64,000 nucleotides of DNA from Rhodosorus marinus CCMP1338. Taxonomy: Eukaryota; Plantae; Rhodophyta. Both the position numbers and the translations under genes were made by a program. How positions within the stretch are numbered: position 1 is the stretch's first letter; every line of letters starts with the position of its first letter. The notes under the pieces are model-generated. The model ran no database searches. It was not told where the DNA came from and saw nothing but the letters and a program-made list of their open reading frames with translations. Location of the stretch: NCBI GenBank assembly GCA_029953675.1, contig JAMWBK010000005.1:3123198-3187197 (forward strand), given 5' to 3'. This document shows, piece by piece, positions 47,128-57,492 of this stretch.

Positions 47128-49290
47128 TTTACTGGTGGTTCTACTAAGATGGGTTTTATTGGGTTTTACTGGGTTTAATGACTTGACTTTACTGGACTTT
47201 GGACTTTACGAGCATAGCCTGAAGCGCTACGCAAGGCGTGAAGATGAACTAATAACTAGGGAGGGAAGTATGCAACCCCAGGCGCCGATGGCGCGCCTCG
47301 GAAAGCATGTCGCTGGATTATCGCCAAAGGGAGACACTTAAACGCCTCAAGAGCGCCAAATATTCAGTAGGATGCTCAGCAAAACATTTCCGCAACCACT
47401 CTAAACCCGACTTATCGACGTGACCAAAGCTTTTCACAATGAATGGCTGGAACCGGTGAGAGCGACCCTCAGCGCAAGGCAGACTGGCCATGCTCTCAGC
47501 ATACCGTCGTTCCTTAACTCTTCGAAGGGCTGAAGCCGCGGCCCCCCGGCGGCGGGCGGCTGCGGTGAGGTGGGCGCTGGCCACGGGGCAGGTAATCGCA
47601 AGGTCCACATATGTTGAGCATCTGGCAGCAGCGTCAGAGACGAGGAGATCGGCTATACAACGGGGCGGTGCAGAGTCCGAGATTGATCTGGGCAGTTCCG
47701 ACTCAACCTCAACCGTATGCCCTATCCGAGTCAAAAATTCGCTGAGGATGTACCTGAGGCGAGTGTGACGCCTCGTACGGAGACCTCGCAACAGTCCGCA
47801 GGAACCCAGGAAGTGGTAGCCACAAGCGTCAATCCGGCTCTCACATCCCTGACAGAAAGACGGCCGATTAGAGTGCCACGGAGCCTGTGGCAAACCGAGA
47901 TAGATCCGTGCGGCAGAACGGAACTGGAAAGCATCGAGACGATGACTCAATGACGACGGTAGAGTGGTTAACCACAAGTGCGAGAGGTGGCCTCCCATGC
48001 CGCGGAGACGAGCGGCAGTGGTAGGCGGCGTGAGAGGAGAATTGAGCATGACTGTGTGAGCGGCACTGTGTTGGCCCCAGGTGAGGCTATGTTGAATCAC
48101 ATCAGTGCGGGAGCTCCACAATCGGCTCAAACCCGGGTAGTCTGCAACAGGGGACCCGGGGCTAGCCTCTCCGTCATCGGCAAGAACTCGGTCGAGGGGA
48201 CAATCCTCAATCGCTTCAGCTCGTCCCCATAACAGCTCCCTCCAGGAACGAAAGCGGGACCGATTTGCGTCCAGCACGGCGTTGCACCTCCTGAACGCGT
48301 GTTGAAGACCATCATAAATTGTCAAAAGCGGGGGCGGCAGGCTCACTGGATCCTCGTTGGTCAAAGCTCGAGCCAAGAGGCAGGCACTTCGCATCTGGAA
48401 GGTCACCAACGTTCGCAGCGCGGTAGCCCAGGAGGCAACCGCCGCTGGCGAGCATACCAGCCCACGGTCTGCGACGCCGAATCCCCCTAATCGCAACGGT
48501 AGAGCGATCTGTGCACGGATAAAGTCCCTGTCGGGAGCAGCTTCAAGATCGAGGGGCTCATCCAAGAGCGTTCCCCAGTGTTGCAGGGTCATTTCGTCGG
48601 CTTTAGCCGCGATCCACGAGCCCCAAGCTGGAGGCAGGCTGCGCAACCAGTAGTTGAGTCTGGGACCGGCACAAAAGCGGGAAAGCAAGCGGGCCGATTG
48701 CAGCATGCTGTCGGGTAGGTGCTCAATGGCGTCGGTGAGTTGCTTGTGCCGTGCCAAAACTCGCTCGCAGGATGCTTGGACAAAGTTGTCAGTCCCCAAT
48801 CCGACGCCGTGGTGTTCGAACCCTTCACGTTCGCTGATTAGTCGCAGAGTGGGTGGCAGAGAGTTTAGCGACACGTCCCTCGCGGGGAGAAAGCGACATT
48901 TTTCTGTTTCCACAGTCAAACCGACGCGACGTGCAATCGCTTCGATCGCGGTCAGTCCCCTAGCCAGGGTGCAGGGGGTGCCCAGCAATGTTACGTCATC
49001 GTGGTACGCGCAGATTCGAAGATCCGAGACCTCAGTCGAAAGACGTAAAAGTACGAGCTGTAGGGCACAGGCATGAAGAAGAGGTCCGCAAGGGTCGCCT
49101 TGTTGGACGCCAGTATGTGCTTGAAAAACAGTGCCCTCCGTTGTCAAGTAGGGGAGGCTCTCCCCTCCGTAAATACCCGATAGAAACGGCCACGCCTCCG
49201 GAAACACACGTCGGAGCACCTCTAGCGCATGCGTCCGCGACACGCTGTTGAATGCGTTCCGGAAATCAACCACCAAGACTCCCCACTCCG
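47128..49290 (-). mobile_element. CRE-D 5'-truncated copy 2 (ORF 47318-49276, RT plus REL)
   Basis: Close homolog of 8926-10974; repeated AGTAAAGTC-type tail. A further CRE-D 3' end lies head-to-tail at ~49298-49395. Confidence 0.9.
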
Positions 49291-49474
49291 GCCTACTAAC
49301 TGGACTTTACTAGCATAGCCTGAAGCGCTACGCAAGGCGTGAAGATGAACTAATAACTAGGGAGGGATCCATGCAACCCCAGGCGCCGATGGCGCGCCTC
49401 GGAAAGCATGTCGCCGTTAATTACTAGCATGGTTGCCCTCGAAACCGTAATCACCCGTATCGCCCTAAGCCATG

Positions 49475-50866
49475 TCATCCTACATATATGTTGTCGATAA
49501 CATCACTACCTGGGCCGCCATCCAAAACGTCGGAGCCCGCACCGCTACTAATTGTGTCGTCCCCATCACCGCCATAAATTGCGTCATTCCCACTACCGCC
49601 GACAAGTGCGTCATTCCCATCTTCGCCTTTGATCAAGTCATCACCAGCTTGGCCGTTGATAAAGTCGCTACCATAACCACCAAACATTGAGTCGTTCCCA
49701 AGACCGCCATAAACGACGTCATCCCCAGCACCGGCGAAGATCTCGTCATCTCCACCCAAGCCGTAAATAATGTCTCTGCCACCGTACCCGTAGATTAGAT
49801 CGGGCCCGTCCGAACCACGTATGAATTCCCCTTCAGCGGTTCCTCTGATTATACATGTACACGAGCCATTGCGCACTTCAGCCTGGAATGGTTCGAGCGA
49901 GGTTGGAGCATTCACAAGAGGTGAGTCATCGATATACCCACTCCCTGTCCCAGTAAACAATACAGGTAATTACTCACCGCCTGACAGGTGTCTGCAAGTT
50001 TTATGCATTCCCCGCCGATGAGACAGTTTGGCTCGGCACCCGGGCAACCACAAGTGCAAACTCTTGTTTCTGGGTCCGCGAACTGAACGGGGAAAATCGT
50101 TAAGGTAACAATCGCTTTCAGAACGCGGTTCGACGGGGTACTGTGCCGAATAAAGGCTACGGGGTGGGAAGGGCAAGCTCCTTACCACGACATTGCCGAG
50201 ACAATTTCCCATGGCCGGATAATCGTCCTTGCGAATGCAAACCGGTTCGTTTGCGGTTTCTAGCAAGCAAAATGCGATAGGATCGCAGCCGCACGCAACC
50301 GGAAGCTCACATACCGGAATGTCGGGTCCATTGGCGACTCTGAGCTCGCACGTACCGTCTGCAGTGACCTCTGCCCTGAACTCTTCGCCGCCTGCTCCCC
50401 TAAGGATGGCGTGGCCAACCCAAAACAGAGAAGAATTTTCACAACAACCCATCTCATCCGCCACCATCTCGTCCTGACATATGACCAGGCTCAACCTGTT
50501 CAACAAAGTGCCCGCTGGCTCGCCTCTCTTTGTCACGACCTTGACAGCATTCCTCCGGTTGCGGTATTTCACCGGTTCAGGGATGAGCTCCTTCTTCGTA
50601 AAGATCCCCCCTCTGATGCTCACCAAGGAGAACGGGTCAGCCGCTTCGAATATCATCCGCACGCACAGCGGTTCCTGCTTGGGTTGAACCAGAACTGTGA
50701 GAGTGCCGACCGCTTCCCCTTTGAAAAAGAGGTCTTTGACTACCTCTTCCACGCTCTCAAGAGCTAAGCCGATCACGGGGGCATCCGCGCATGTCGCGGC
50801 GTCCTTGATATTCGCAGAAACTGCGCAGATAAACAGTACCGCACAGTACCAAACCACGGCCTTCAT
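49475..50866 (-). CDS. 3-exon secreted Cys-rich protein with C-terminal RTX/hemolysin-type Ca-binding repeats (exons 50866-50186, 50082-49978, 49882-49475; 397 aa)
   Basis: Signal peptide MKAVVWYCAVLFICAVSA. Phase-0 introns GTAAGG...TTCAG (50185-50083) and GTGAGT...TCCAG (49977-49883) join the frames as GNVV|FADPETRVCTCGC...CQA|AEVRNGSC. About 9 GGxGxD-type nonapeptides follow. Confidence 0.8.
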
Positions 50867-51954
50867 CTCTTCAACGAGCCGAAAAAGAAAAAACAGGTCC
50901 TACAGACCGATAAAACTGATGACACCAGGCAAGAATAGAAATCAAACCCAAACCCCTCGCTCACAGCTTTATAGATGAACTCTCCACCTCTCCAACATTC
51001 CCCCCCTCGCTCCCAGCTTTATGGATGAACTCTCCACCTCTCCAACATTCCCCCCCTCACCATTGGGCCAACACCGGTAGTTGGAACTTTTGGTACACTC
51101 CTTAAACATCATCACTGCAAGACAAATTCTTGCTCTCTCAAGTCATTTTGTTTTTCAAGTGTCTACCGCAGCGAAAGAGGATGTTAGATATGAGACCGCC
51201 CTCAAGATTTGAAGAGATTTGTGAGTGATGATAGTGGAGACAATTGAAATTACTTGTCTCCACTATCATCAGTTCCTTGTTGCTCACTGAGCTATTTTGC
51301 TGTTCAAGTCTTTGCGAAGTGGGGGGTAGGTATGAGACTGAGTTAAGGCTTGACGAGATGTGTGAGAGATGATAGTGAAGACCAATAAACATCAGCGTCT
51401 ATCACCTACCCCCTTTTACTGTTATAGATGAAGTTTTCAGAACAGAGGGTCGGATCCGATCCCCCCGTCCGATAAAGTTCTCCGATAAATCGTCAAGTAC
51501 TCAATCAACGTTAGCTATATTCGATTCCACCCATCGACTTGTGATTCCCTTTTTGCTATAAGAAGCTCTTTCCCAATGATCAGGATTACTTCTTGCTTTG
51601 AGAAGCTCTCTCTCCCACAAAATAGAGGATTACAACTGCTTCTGAAATTCCCGGAACCTTCAACTCTCTTCTCTCTCCTCCCCTTCTCCCCCTTCCCCGC
51701 GGCCATCAACAAACAGATGCTTTTCGTTTTCTCTCGCAAACGGTTTTTCCTAGACAATCTTTTTTGTTGTTTTGAAGATTTTTAGCATAAACCCTGATAC
51801 TGTTTTGTAATTGAAACATAAAGGCATAAATGTTAAAGACCCTTATCGGTTTCTCAAGTAAATGAATGCATTTCCTTACAACTATAAAGGTTTCCGGAGG
51901 TTCCTGCCTTTCCTCCCCCCCCTATATATATAGCTGTAAGCGGAAACAAGTACT

Positions 51955-52200
51955 CAATGAACGAATGAATGGGTTTAATGAGTGAATGTGAGACTGCAAT
52001 CAACGGTTGGGAAAAGGGGCTACGATCGGCGAAGATCGCGGGCCTCCAACATCGAAAGCAGCGTCTATATGCACGACAGCAGGAAACTTTGACAGGTAAA
52101 CAGCGTTGGAAAAGGCGGTCAGGGAGAGTGTTCCCGGGAACAACCCTTTTGGAAGCCAACGAGAGCCAACGGAATCCATAAAAACCAGACCTATACTTGA
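51955..52200 (-). mobile_element. Degraded CRE-B-like 3' end with (ATTC)-like tail
   Basis: 52028-52195 aligns by eye to 13186-13335; tail TTAAACCCATTCATTCGTTCA. Confidence 0.7.
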
Positions 52201-52204
52201 GTAT

Positions 52205-52455
52205 GAGCTGGACCAGTCGACGATGAGCCAAGCCCGAACTTCGAATTCCTGGAGACGAAAACAAATACTACCGGAAAATTCGGCATTATAAGCTGGACCA
52301 GGCGACGATGAGCTAAAAGCCCAAACCTCGAAATTCCTGGAGACGAAAACAAATACCACCGGAACCTTCGGCTCCCCCTCCCTCCCCCCCCCCCTTTGGC
52401 GACGATGAGCCAAGTCCGAACCTCGAAATTCCTGGAGACGAAAACAAACACCACC
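52205..52455. repeat. Three degenerate copies of a ~60-90-bp subtelomeric repeat
   Basis: CGACGATGAGC..AAG.CC.AAC.TCGAAATTCCTGGAGACGAAAACAAA occurs three times. Confidence 0.75.
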
Positions 52456-52552
52456 CTACCACTAACCTTCTGCTCCTCCTCCGTCCCCCCCCTTCTTTAC
52501 CTTGACCGGCGATCGACCAACACGAACAGATTTTATTATCTCCCACGGCTTT

Positions 52553-52691
52553 AACGGCTTTTTTCTCCCCAACGGCTTTTTTCTCCCCAACGGCTTTTTT
52601 CTCCCCAACGGCTTTTTTCTCCCCAACGGCTTTTTTCTCCCCAACGGCTTTTTTCTCCCCAACGGCTTTTTTCTTCCCAACGGCTTTTTTT
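52553..52691. repeat. 18-bp minisatellite (AACGGCTTTTTTCTCCCC) x7.7
   Basis: Units start at 52553, 52571, 52589, 52607, 52625, 52643, 52661 and 52679. Confidence 0.95.
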
Positions 52692-52777
52692 CAGGCCAAC
52701 GTACTGTGTGTTTTTTCCCCTTTTTTTGGAGAACGATAGTGCTGTGCTTCCCATCGTACGTCTGAGAGTGAATCTGT

Positions 52778-52823
52778 GGTTACGGCTGGACTTTTGGTGT
52801 TACGGGGTTACGTTAGTCTGGGG
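52778..52823 (+). repeat. Most proximal telomeric tract of the distal array (degenerate, then exact)
   Basis: GGTTACGGCTGGACTTTTGGTGTTAC followed by GGGGTTACGTTAGTCTGGGG (52804-52823). Confidence 0.85.
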
Positions 52824-52824
52824 A

Positions 52825-52970
52825 CACGTCGTGTCGACGAAGCAGACTATGACATCGTCCCTATCTTAGAACGTAGCCACACAACCCATTAGGGGTTTCT
52901 TTGCTGACCAATAGGATCCTTATTGCTTCTTAATGGGCTCCAATAGGGAGTTCTTCAGTAAAGTGTACGC
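52825..52970 (+). mobile_element. TelCRE-2 5'-truncated copy (146 bp)
   Basis: Matches 63580-63725; followed by telomeric tract 52971-53004. Confidence 0.93.
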
Positions 52971-53004
52971 GGTTACGTTAGTCTGGGGTTACGTTAGTCT
53001 GGGG

Positions 53005-53247
53005 ACTATACACCTGGATCAGCGGGCAACGCAAGTAAGTGAGGCTCGGGCGATCTTGAACCGCACTTTGTGGAAAGGAAACGCTATCCTTGCCACCCAG
53101 GCACGTCGTGTCGACGAAGCAGACTATGACATCGTCCCTATCTTAGAACGTAGCCACACAACCCATTAGGGGTTTCTTTGCTGACCAATAGGATCCTTAT
53201 TGCTTCTTAATGGGCTCCAATAGGGAGTTCTTCAGTAAAGTGTACGC
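53005..53247 (+). mobile_element. TelCRE-2 5'-truncated copy (243 bp)
   Basis: Matches 63483-63725; followed by telomeric tract 53248-53266. Confidence 0.93.
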
Positions 53248-53266
53248 GGTTACGTTAGTCTGGGGT

Positions 53267-53340
53267 AATGTAAGTAATTCTCTAGTTAGTGATAGACTCA
53301 GTGTTACGCCGCATTAGGCGGCTGCCCAATAAAGCTTACA
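53267..53340 (+). mobile_element. TelCRE-3: 74-bp 3' end of a third telomeric family
   Basis: ...GCCGCATTAGGCGGCTGCCCAATAAAGCTTACA resembles but differs from the TelCRE-1 end; followed by telomeric and degenerate repeats at 53341-53384. Confidence 0.7.
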
Positions 53341-53384
53341 GTTACGTTAGTCTGGGGTTATGGGGTTACGTTAGTATGGCGTTT

Positions 53385-56300
53385 GGACGGCTTTGTTTGT
53401 GAAAAACGACGGAAAAAGGTGATAAAAAGTTACAAGTATGATTGTGAAGGAGGTACGCGGGCCGTACCCCGAGCCTCTTGTGATCGCGGGCCCACACACC
53501 TCGGGTACCCGCGAAATGGAGAGGGCGAAAGAGCTGCTACAAGAGCAGCAGCAGCAGCAGCAGCAACAGCACCAGTATAGGGGAGCAGAACAGGAGGCAG
53601 AGAGGAATGCAGAACAGGGTGCCGCGGAGCAGGCCACAGCAGACCCAGCTGTCGCCTTTCTCCACCAACTGCAGAGCTACGACCACTGCTATACCGCCCT
53701 GGGAATCGGCCAGTCGGACATCGCCGACTTCTACCAGGCCGCCTTCAACCTCTATTCCCGCATCAACTGCTCAAAAGAACTTCAATCAGTGACAGGACGT
53801 CTGAATGAGCTCGCCAAAAAACCGCATATGTGGCAAGACGGACGAGCCACTACGACCCCGCCTCAACCCCCGCAGCAGCACCCGCGGACGGCGGCGGTCA
53901 ATCAACATGCGGCAGAACCCATCATCAATCAACTTGCGGAGGGGACAGGTGTCCTTGCCTCACTGGACTATGCCACGGCCTTCCCGGTTGCCGGTATCAG
54001 CAGCACACGGCCAACGTACGCTCAGAGGACTGCCCAAAGTACTCCAGCTCGAGAATCAGAGGCTCAACTCCGACCAGCCGGGCGCCCGGGCCCACAGAGC
54101 CAGCAGGCAGCGCTACGACAGTTGCACGCCACTGTGGGAGGGTCCTCCTGGGGACCTGAGACCAAGCCGGTACTGGCGACCCTGAGGAATGTAAGACCGC
54201 CACGGATGGACGAGGTAGCCCCATCGGATTTCACCACGGTCCTTTGCAGAGCCTTGGGGATTCCGAGCTCTTTTGTGGCGCACGTGGACTTCATCGCTTC
54301 CCATGCGTGCTTACTCTGCCATCCGGACGCGATTCCGATTCTACAAAGCGCCATCTCTCGGGGCGTTTTCAGGACGGGCATCTTCGGTTCGTTCACCCAG
54401 AGACACCCCGATCGGCAAGTGACTCTCTACACGGGCCAGGCACTGGATACAGACAACCTGTTGGGCTACAATGAACGTCAGCTCATTGCCCCAGCGAATA
54501 TCGGGGCTCAGACCCTGAAACGGGCGATTGAACAGACTATCCGGATCCGCGCGAGACTCCGCAGAAGGCAACTCTCGTTCAACACACTCGCAGCGATACA
54601 CGAGTACCTGGAGAGCAGACTCGGAGCCCTACAAGCCACACAACGTACTCCAACGGTACCCGGGGAGAGCGCGGAACCCCCAGCGCCTGCAGCCGCCACG
54701 AACGCAGACCCTGAAGCCTCGTCCCTTCCAGGGGATGTACAGGCAGACCGTGGGAGAGTTGACGCCTCGGTTGAGACCAGTGCGACTTCCCAAGTACCTG
54801 AGAACGCAGCACACGAAGACAATCCCCATGCGGAGCTCCTCTGCAACCTTCCGGAGCCACCTCAACAGAAGCGCTCGCGAGTGGCCGCCGATGGCACCGG
54901 ACCGGATACTGAGATGACTCCGGCAGCCGTGGAGACTCCACAGGATACCACTGGGACACAGGTTGCCGTTGACGGCAACCATCACGCGATGGACACGCAG
55001 GAGAGCCAGGAAAACCCAGCGCAATAATGCCGAGCAGACGTAGGGGAATCAAACGACGCCGCGAAGAGCCTCTTTTCTTCTCGGATCGTCAAGACTGGAT
55101 CAGGCGGTGGAGCGTCTTCGTCGACGACGTCACGGAAGGAGGCAGGCAGTGGACGCGCCTTACACACTGCCCGGTTCCCACACGGCGATTTGTGCCACGC
55201 GCCCAGGTTCACACATGGAGCTGCCTCTTCCGTGCTGCATTAGAGCTCTCTATGGACAGCACCGCACCAGCAAACGCCAGCCTGCTTCTTGTCGGACTTC
55301 CAGGCCTTGTCCTCGGACACTCTGCACTTGATGTTGGCATTCAGGTATCGCATGTGCTTGAAGGAGAATTCTCTACGGTCTGGAGCGCTCTAGAGGACAA
55401 GGCGTCTATGCTGTCGCGTACTACCGCACCGCAAGGAGCTGAAGCGGTTCGACGCAAACATCTCGGGCGCCACAAGCGAGCGCTGAAACTAGCACACCTT
55501 GGCCGCCTTTCAGATGCAGCTCGGAGCCTACAGGCCACCGAAATGGCACCTTTTACCGCGGCTACGTGGAGACAACTACAAGCGCTCTTTCCCAACCCGG
55601 CAGAAGGTGACTTACCAGACGAGATTGCACACGCACTGCAATCTTTGCTCGCTCTGAATACCGAAACACTAAAGCGGCGGTGGGATTCAAGAAAAGCGGC
55701 CGACGAGGGCCTCATGTCGATCGTGGCACGTCTTCCTCAGGGCAAGAGCCCAGGTCCTAGCGGTCTCCGAGCGGAACACCTCCAAGGTGCAACCCAACAG
55801 ACGCAAGTGGCGTTGATTCGTGTATTGCGACAACTGGCGACCGCTCCTGAGAAATTTTCCCCGGCTCTGACCCGCGCCCTTCGCAGTAGTCGACTCCTGC
55901 CGTTCACGAAGCCTAACAAGGGTTCAGTGCCGCAGGAGCATCCCGGAGTTCGCCCTATCGGAGTGCCAGAAGTTTTGCGCAAGGTAGCAACGCAATGGAC
56001 TCTTCACGCGGTTATGGACAGGGTGCATGAGCTCCTGGTGCCCTTACAACTGGGTATAGGAGTAAGTGGCGGGTGCGAACGCTCGCTTCACGCGATCCAG
56101 GCCCATTTGTCATGCGAACCCGATTCGGTGGTCCTTCGCTTAGACCTTGAGAATGCCTTTAATCGCATCGACCGACGCCTTGCCAAGCAACTGGTGGACG
56201 AACACTTGCCGGAGCTTGCACCAGTGTATAGACTTGGCTATGGAAGCGACAACGCGGACTCACCGACGCTCTGTGGCTGGCGATCTTCCCCTGGACAGAA

Positions 56301-57492
56301 CGAAACCGACACCTCTCGCCTGACTCTCCAAGCAACTACAGGAGTCCAACAGGGAGATCCACTGGGGCCGGTGCTACATGCACTATCCCTGGCGCCCTTT
56401 CTACGAGCGTTGCGAGCCAAGTTCCCCAACGAAACCATTGTTGCTATCCACGACGATATCACGATTGTCGGGTCGCTACAAGCCGTGAAGGCGTCCCTGG
56501 CATGGGCAAAAACTGTGCTCCCCTCTCTTGGAGCACGCCTGCAACTCGGCAAGTGCACTGTGTACGGGCGAACACTGACTACCACGCGAGTGGTCAACCA
56601 TGAGATTCCTGGAGTGCAAGTGACCAGAGACGGAGTCACCATCCACTCGATACCGATAGGCAGCCGAGAATATATCGAACAGGAGTGCCGGGGGTTGCAA
56701 AATAAGCATGAGAAACTCTTTGAGGAAATTGCCAAGCTCCCACAACCGGAGCTTACGACGCAAATTGCCCTCTTCAGGTTCTGTGCAGAAACGCGACTAG
56801 ACTATGTGCTACGATGCCTCGCATACGAGTTTGGAAGAAATCTGGCACGCGAGGCCGACGTGATGACCAGATATCACCTTGAAATTCTATTCGGAGGCCT
56901 CGCTACGACAGCTGTAGAGGACGATGAGTACGCAGAGCTGATCTCGGACCAAATCGCTCTGCCCTGCCGCTGGGGAGGTTTGGGTTTCGCTACTCGAAAG
57001 CGCGTCCAACCCATCGCGTTTTACTCGTCATGGAGAAACACCTTCCGGAACAATGAAGATGAATGGCCGTACCTGACTGAACTAGAGCGGGAGGTTACGG
57101 CAGAACGCTCACCAGACACATACGAGCCGATGGATCAACGATGGTCGACTGCACAGCTGGCGGACCAGATCTGTGCATCGTCGCGAGCAATACAACGGAG
57201 GCTCGGACCAGAAACCCCGCCGCGGATCTTGGCACTGACTACCCTGCAACAACCGCGAGAAACATCTCTTCGAAGCGCCCCGGGCGAGACTGCAGCTTGG
57301 AATAATGGTTCAATACAACAAACCCTCTCTCGAGAAGCACACCATTGCGCATTCCAAAAGCTGGTCACCAACCCACGAATCTCCCCTGAAAACCGAGCTC
57401 GAATACGGTCTGCCGCGGGATCCGGGTCGGGAGTCTGGCTACGTGAAATACCAACGCTGACACCGAAAAAATTGAGTGCGGTTGAGATGCAG
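53385..57492 (+). mobile_element. TelCRE-1, 5'-intact copy whose 3' ~750 bp is replaced by an inversion
   Basis: Begins GGAC right after telomeric repeats; ORF1 plus RT; diverges from the 2.9-kb copy at 57493. Confidence 0.92.
53438..55027 (+). CDS. TelCRE-1 ORF1 (529 aa, polyQ, no CCHC knuckle)
   Basis: Intact ORF with TYAQR and NVRP...VDF...HAC motifs; stop overlaps the ORF2 start (TAATG). Confidence 0.85.
   Translation: MIVKEVRGPYPEPLVIAGPHTSGTREMERAKELLQEQQQQQQQQHQYRGAEQEAERNAEQGAAEQATADPAVAFLHQLQSYDHCYTALGIGQSDIADFYQAAFNLYSRINCSKELQSVTGRLNELAKKPHMWQDGRATTTPPQPPQQHPRTAAVNQHAAEPIINQLAEGTGVLASLDYATAFPVAGISSTRPTYAQRTAQSTPARESEAQLRPAGRPGPQSQQAALRQLHATVGGSSWGPETKPVLATLRNVRPPRMDEVAPSDFTTVLCRALGIPSSFVAHVDFIASHACLLCHPDAIPILQSAISRGVFRTGIFGSFTQRHPDRQVTLYTGQALDTDNLLGYNERQLIAPANIGAQTLKRAIEQTIRIRARLRRRQLSFNTLAAIHEYLESRLGALQATQRTPTVPGESAEPPAPAAATNADPEASSLPGDVQADRGRVDASVETSATSQVPENAAHEDNPHAELLCNLPEPPQQKRSRVAADGTGPDTEMTPAAVETPQDTTGTQVAVDGNHHAMDTQESQENPAQ

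Noticed and set aside
50955-51400. Short local direct repeats (~50 and ~130 bp)
   Set aside because: Ordinary low-copy tandem duplications with no further structure.
52462-52765. Repetitive ORFs (GRKKPL)n / (FLPNGF)n
   Set aside because: These are translations of the 18-bp minisatellite.
52804-53384. Repeat-spacer pattern resembling a CRISPR array
   Set aside because: The repeats are telomere units, the spacers (74-243 bp) are retrotransposon 3' ends, there are no cas genes, and the context is eukaryotic.
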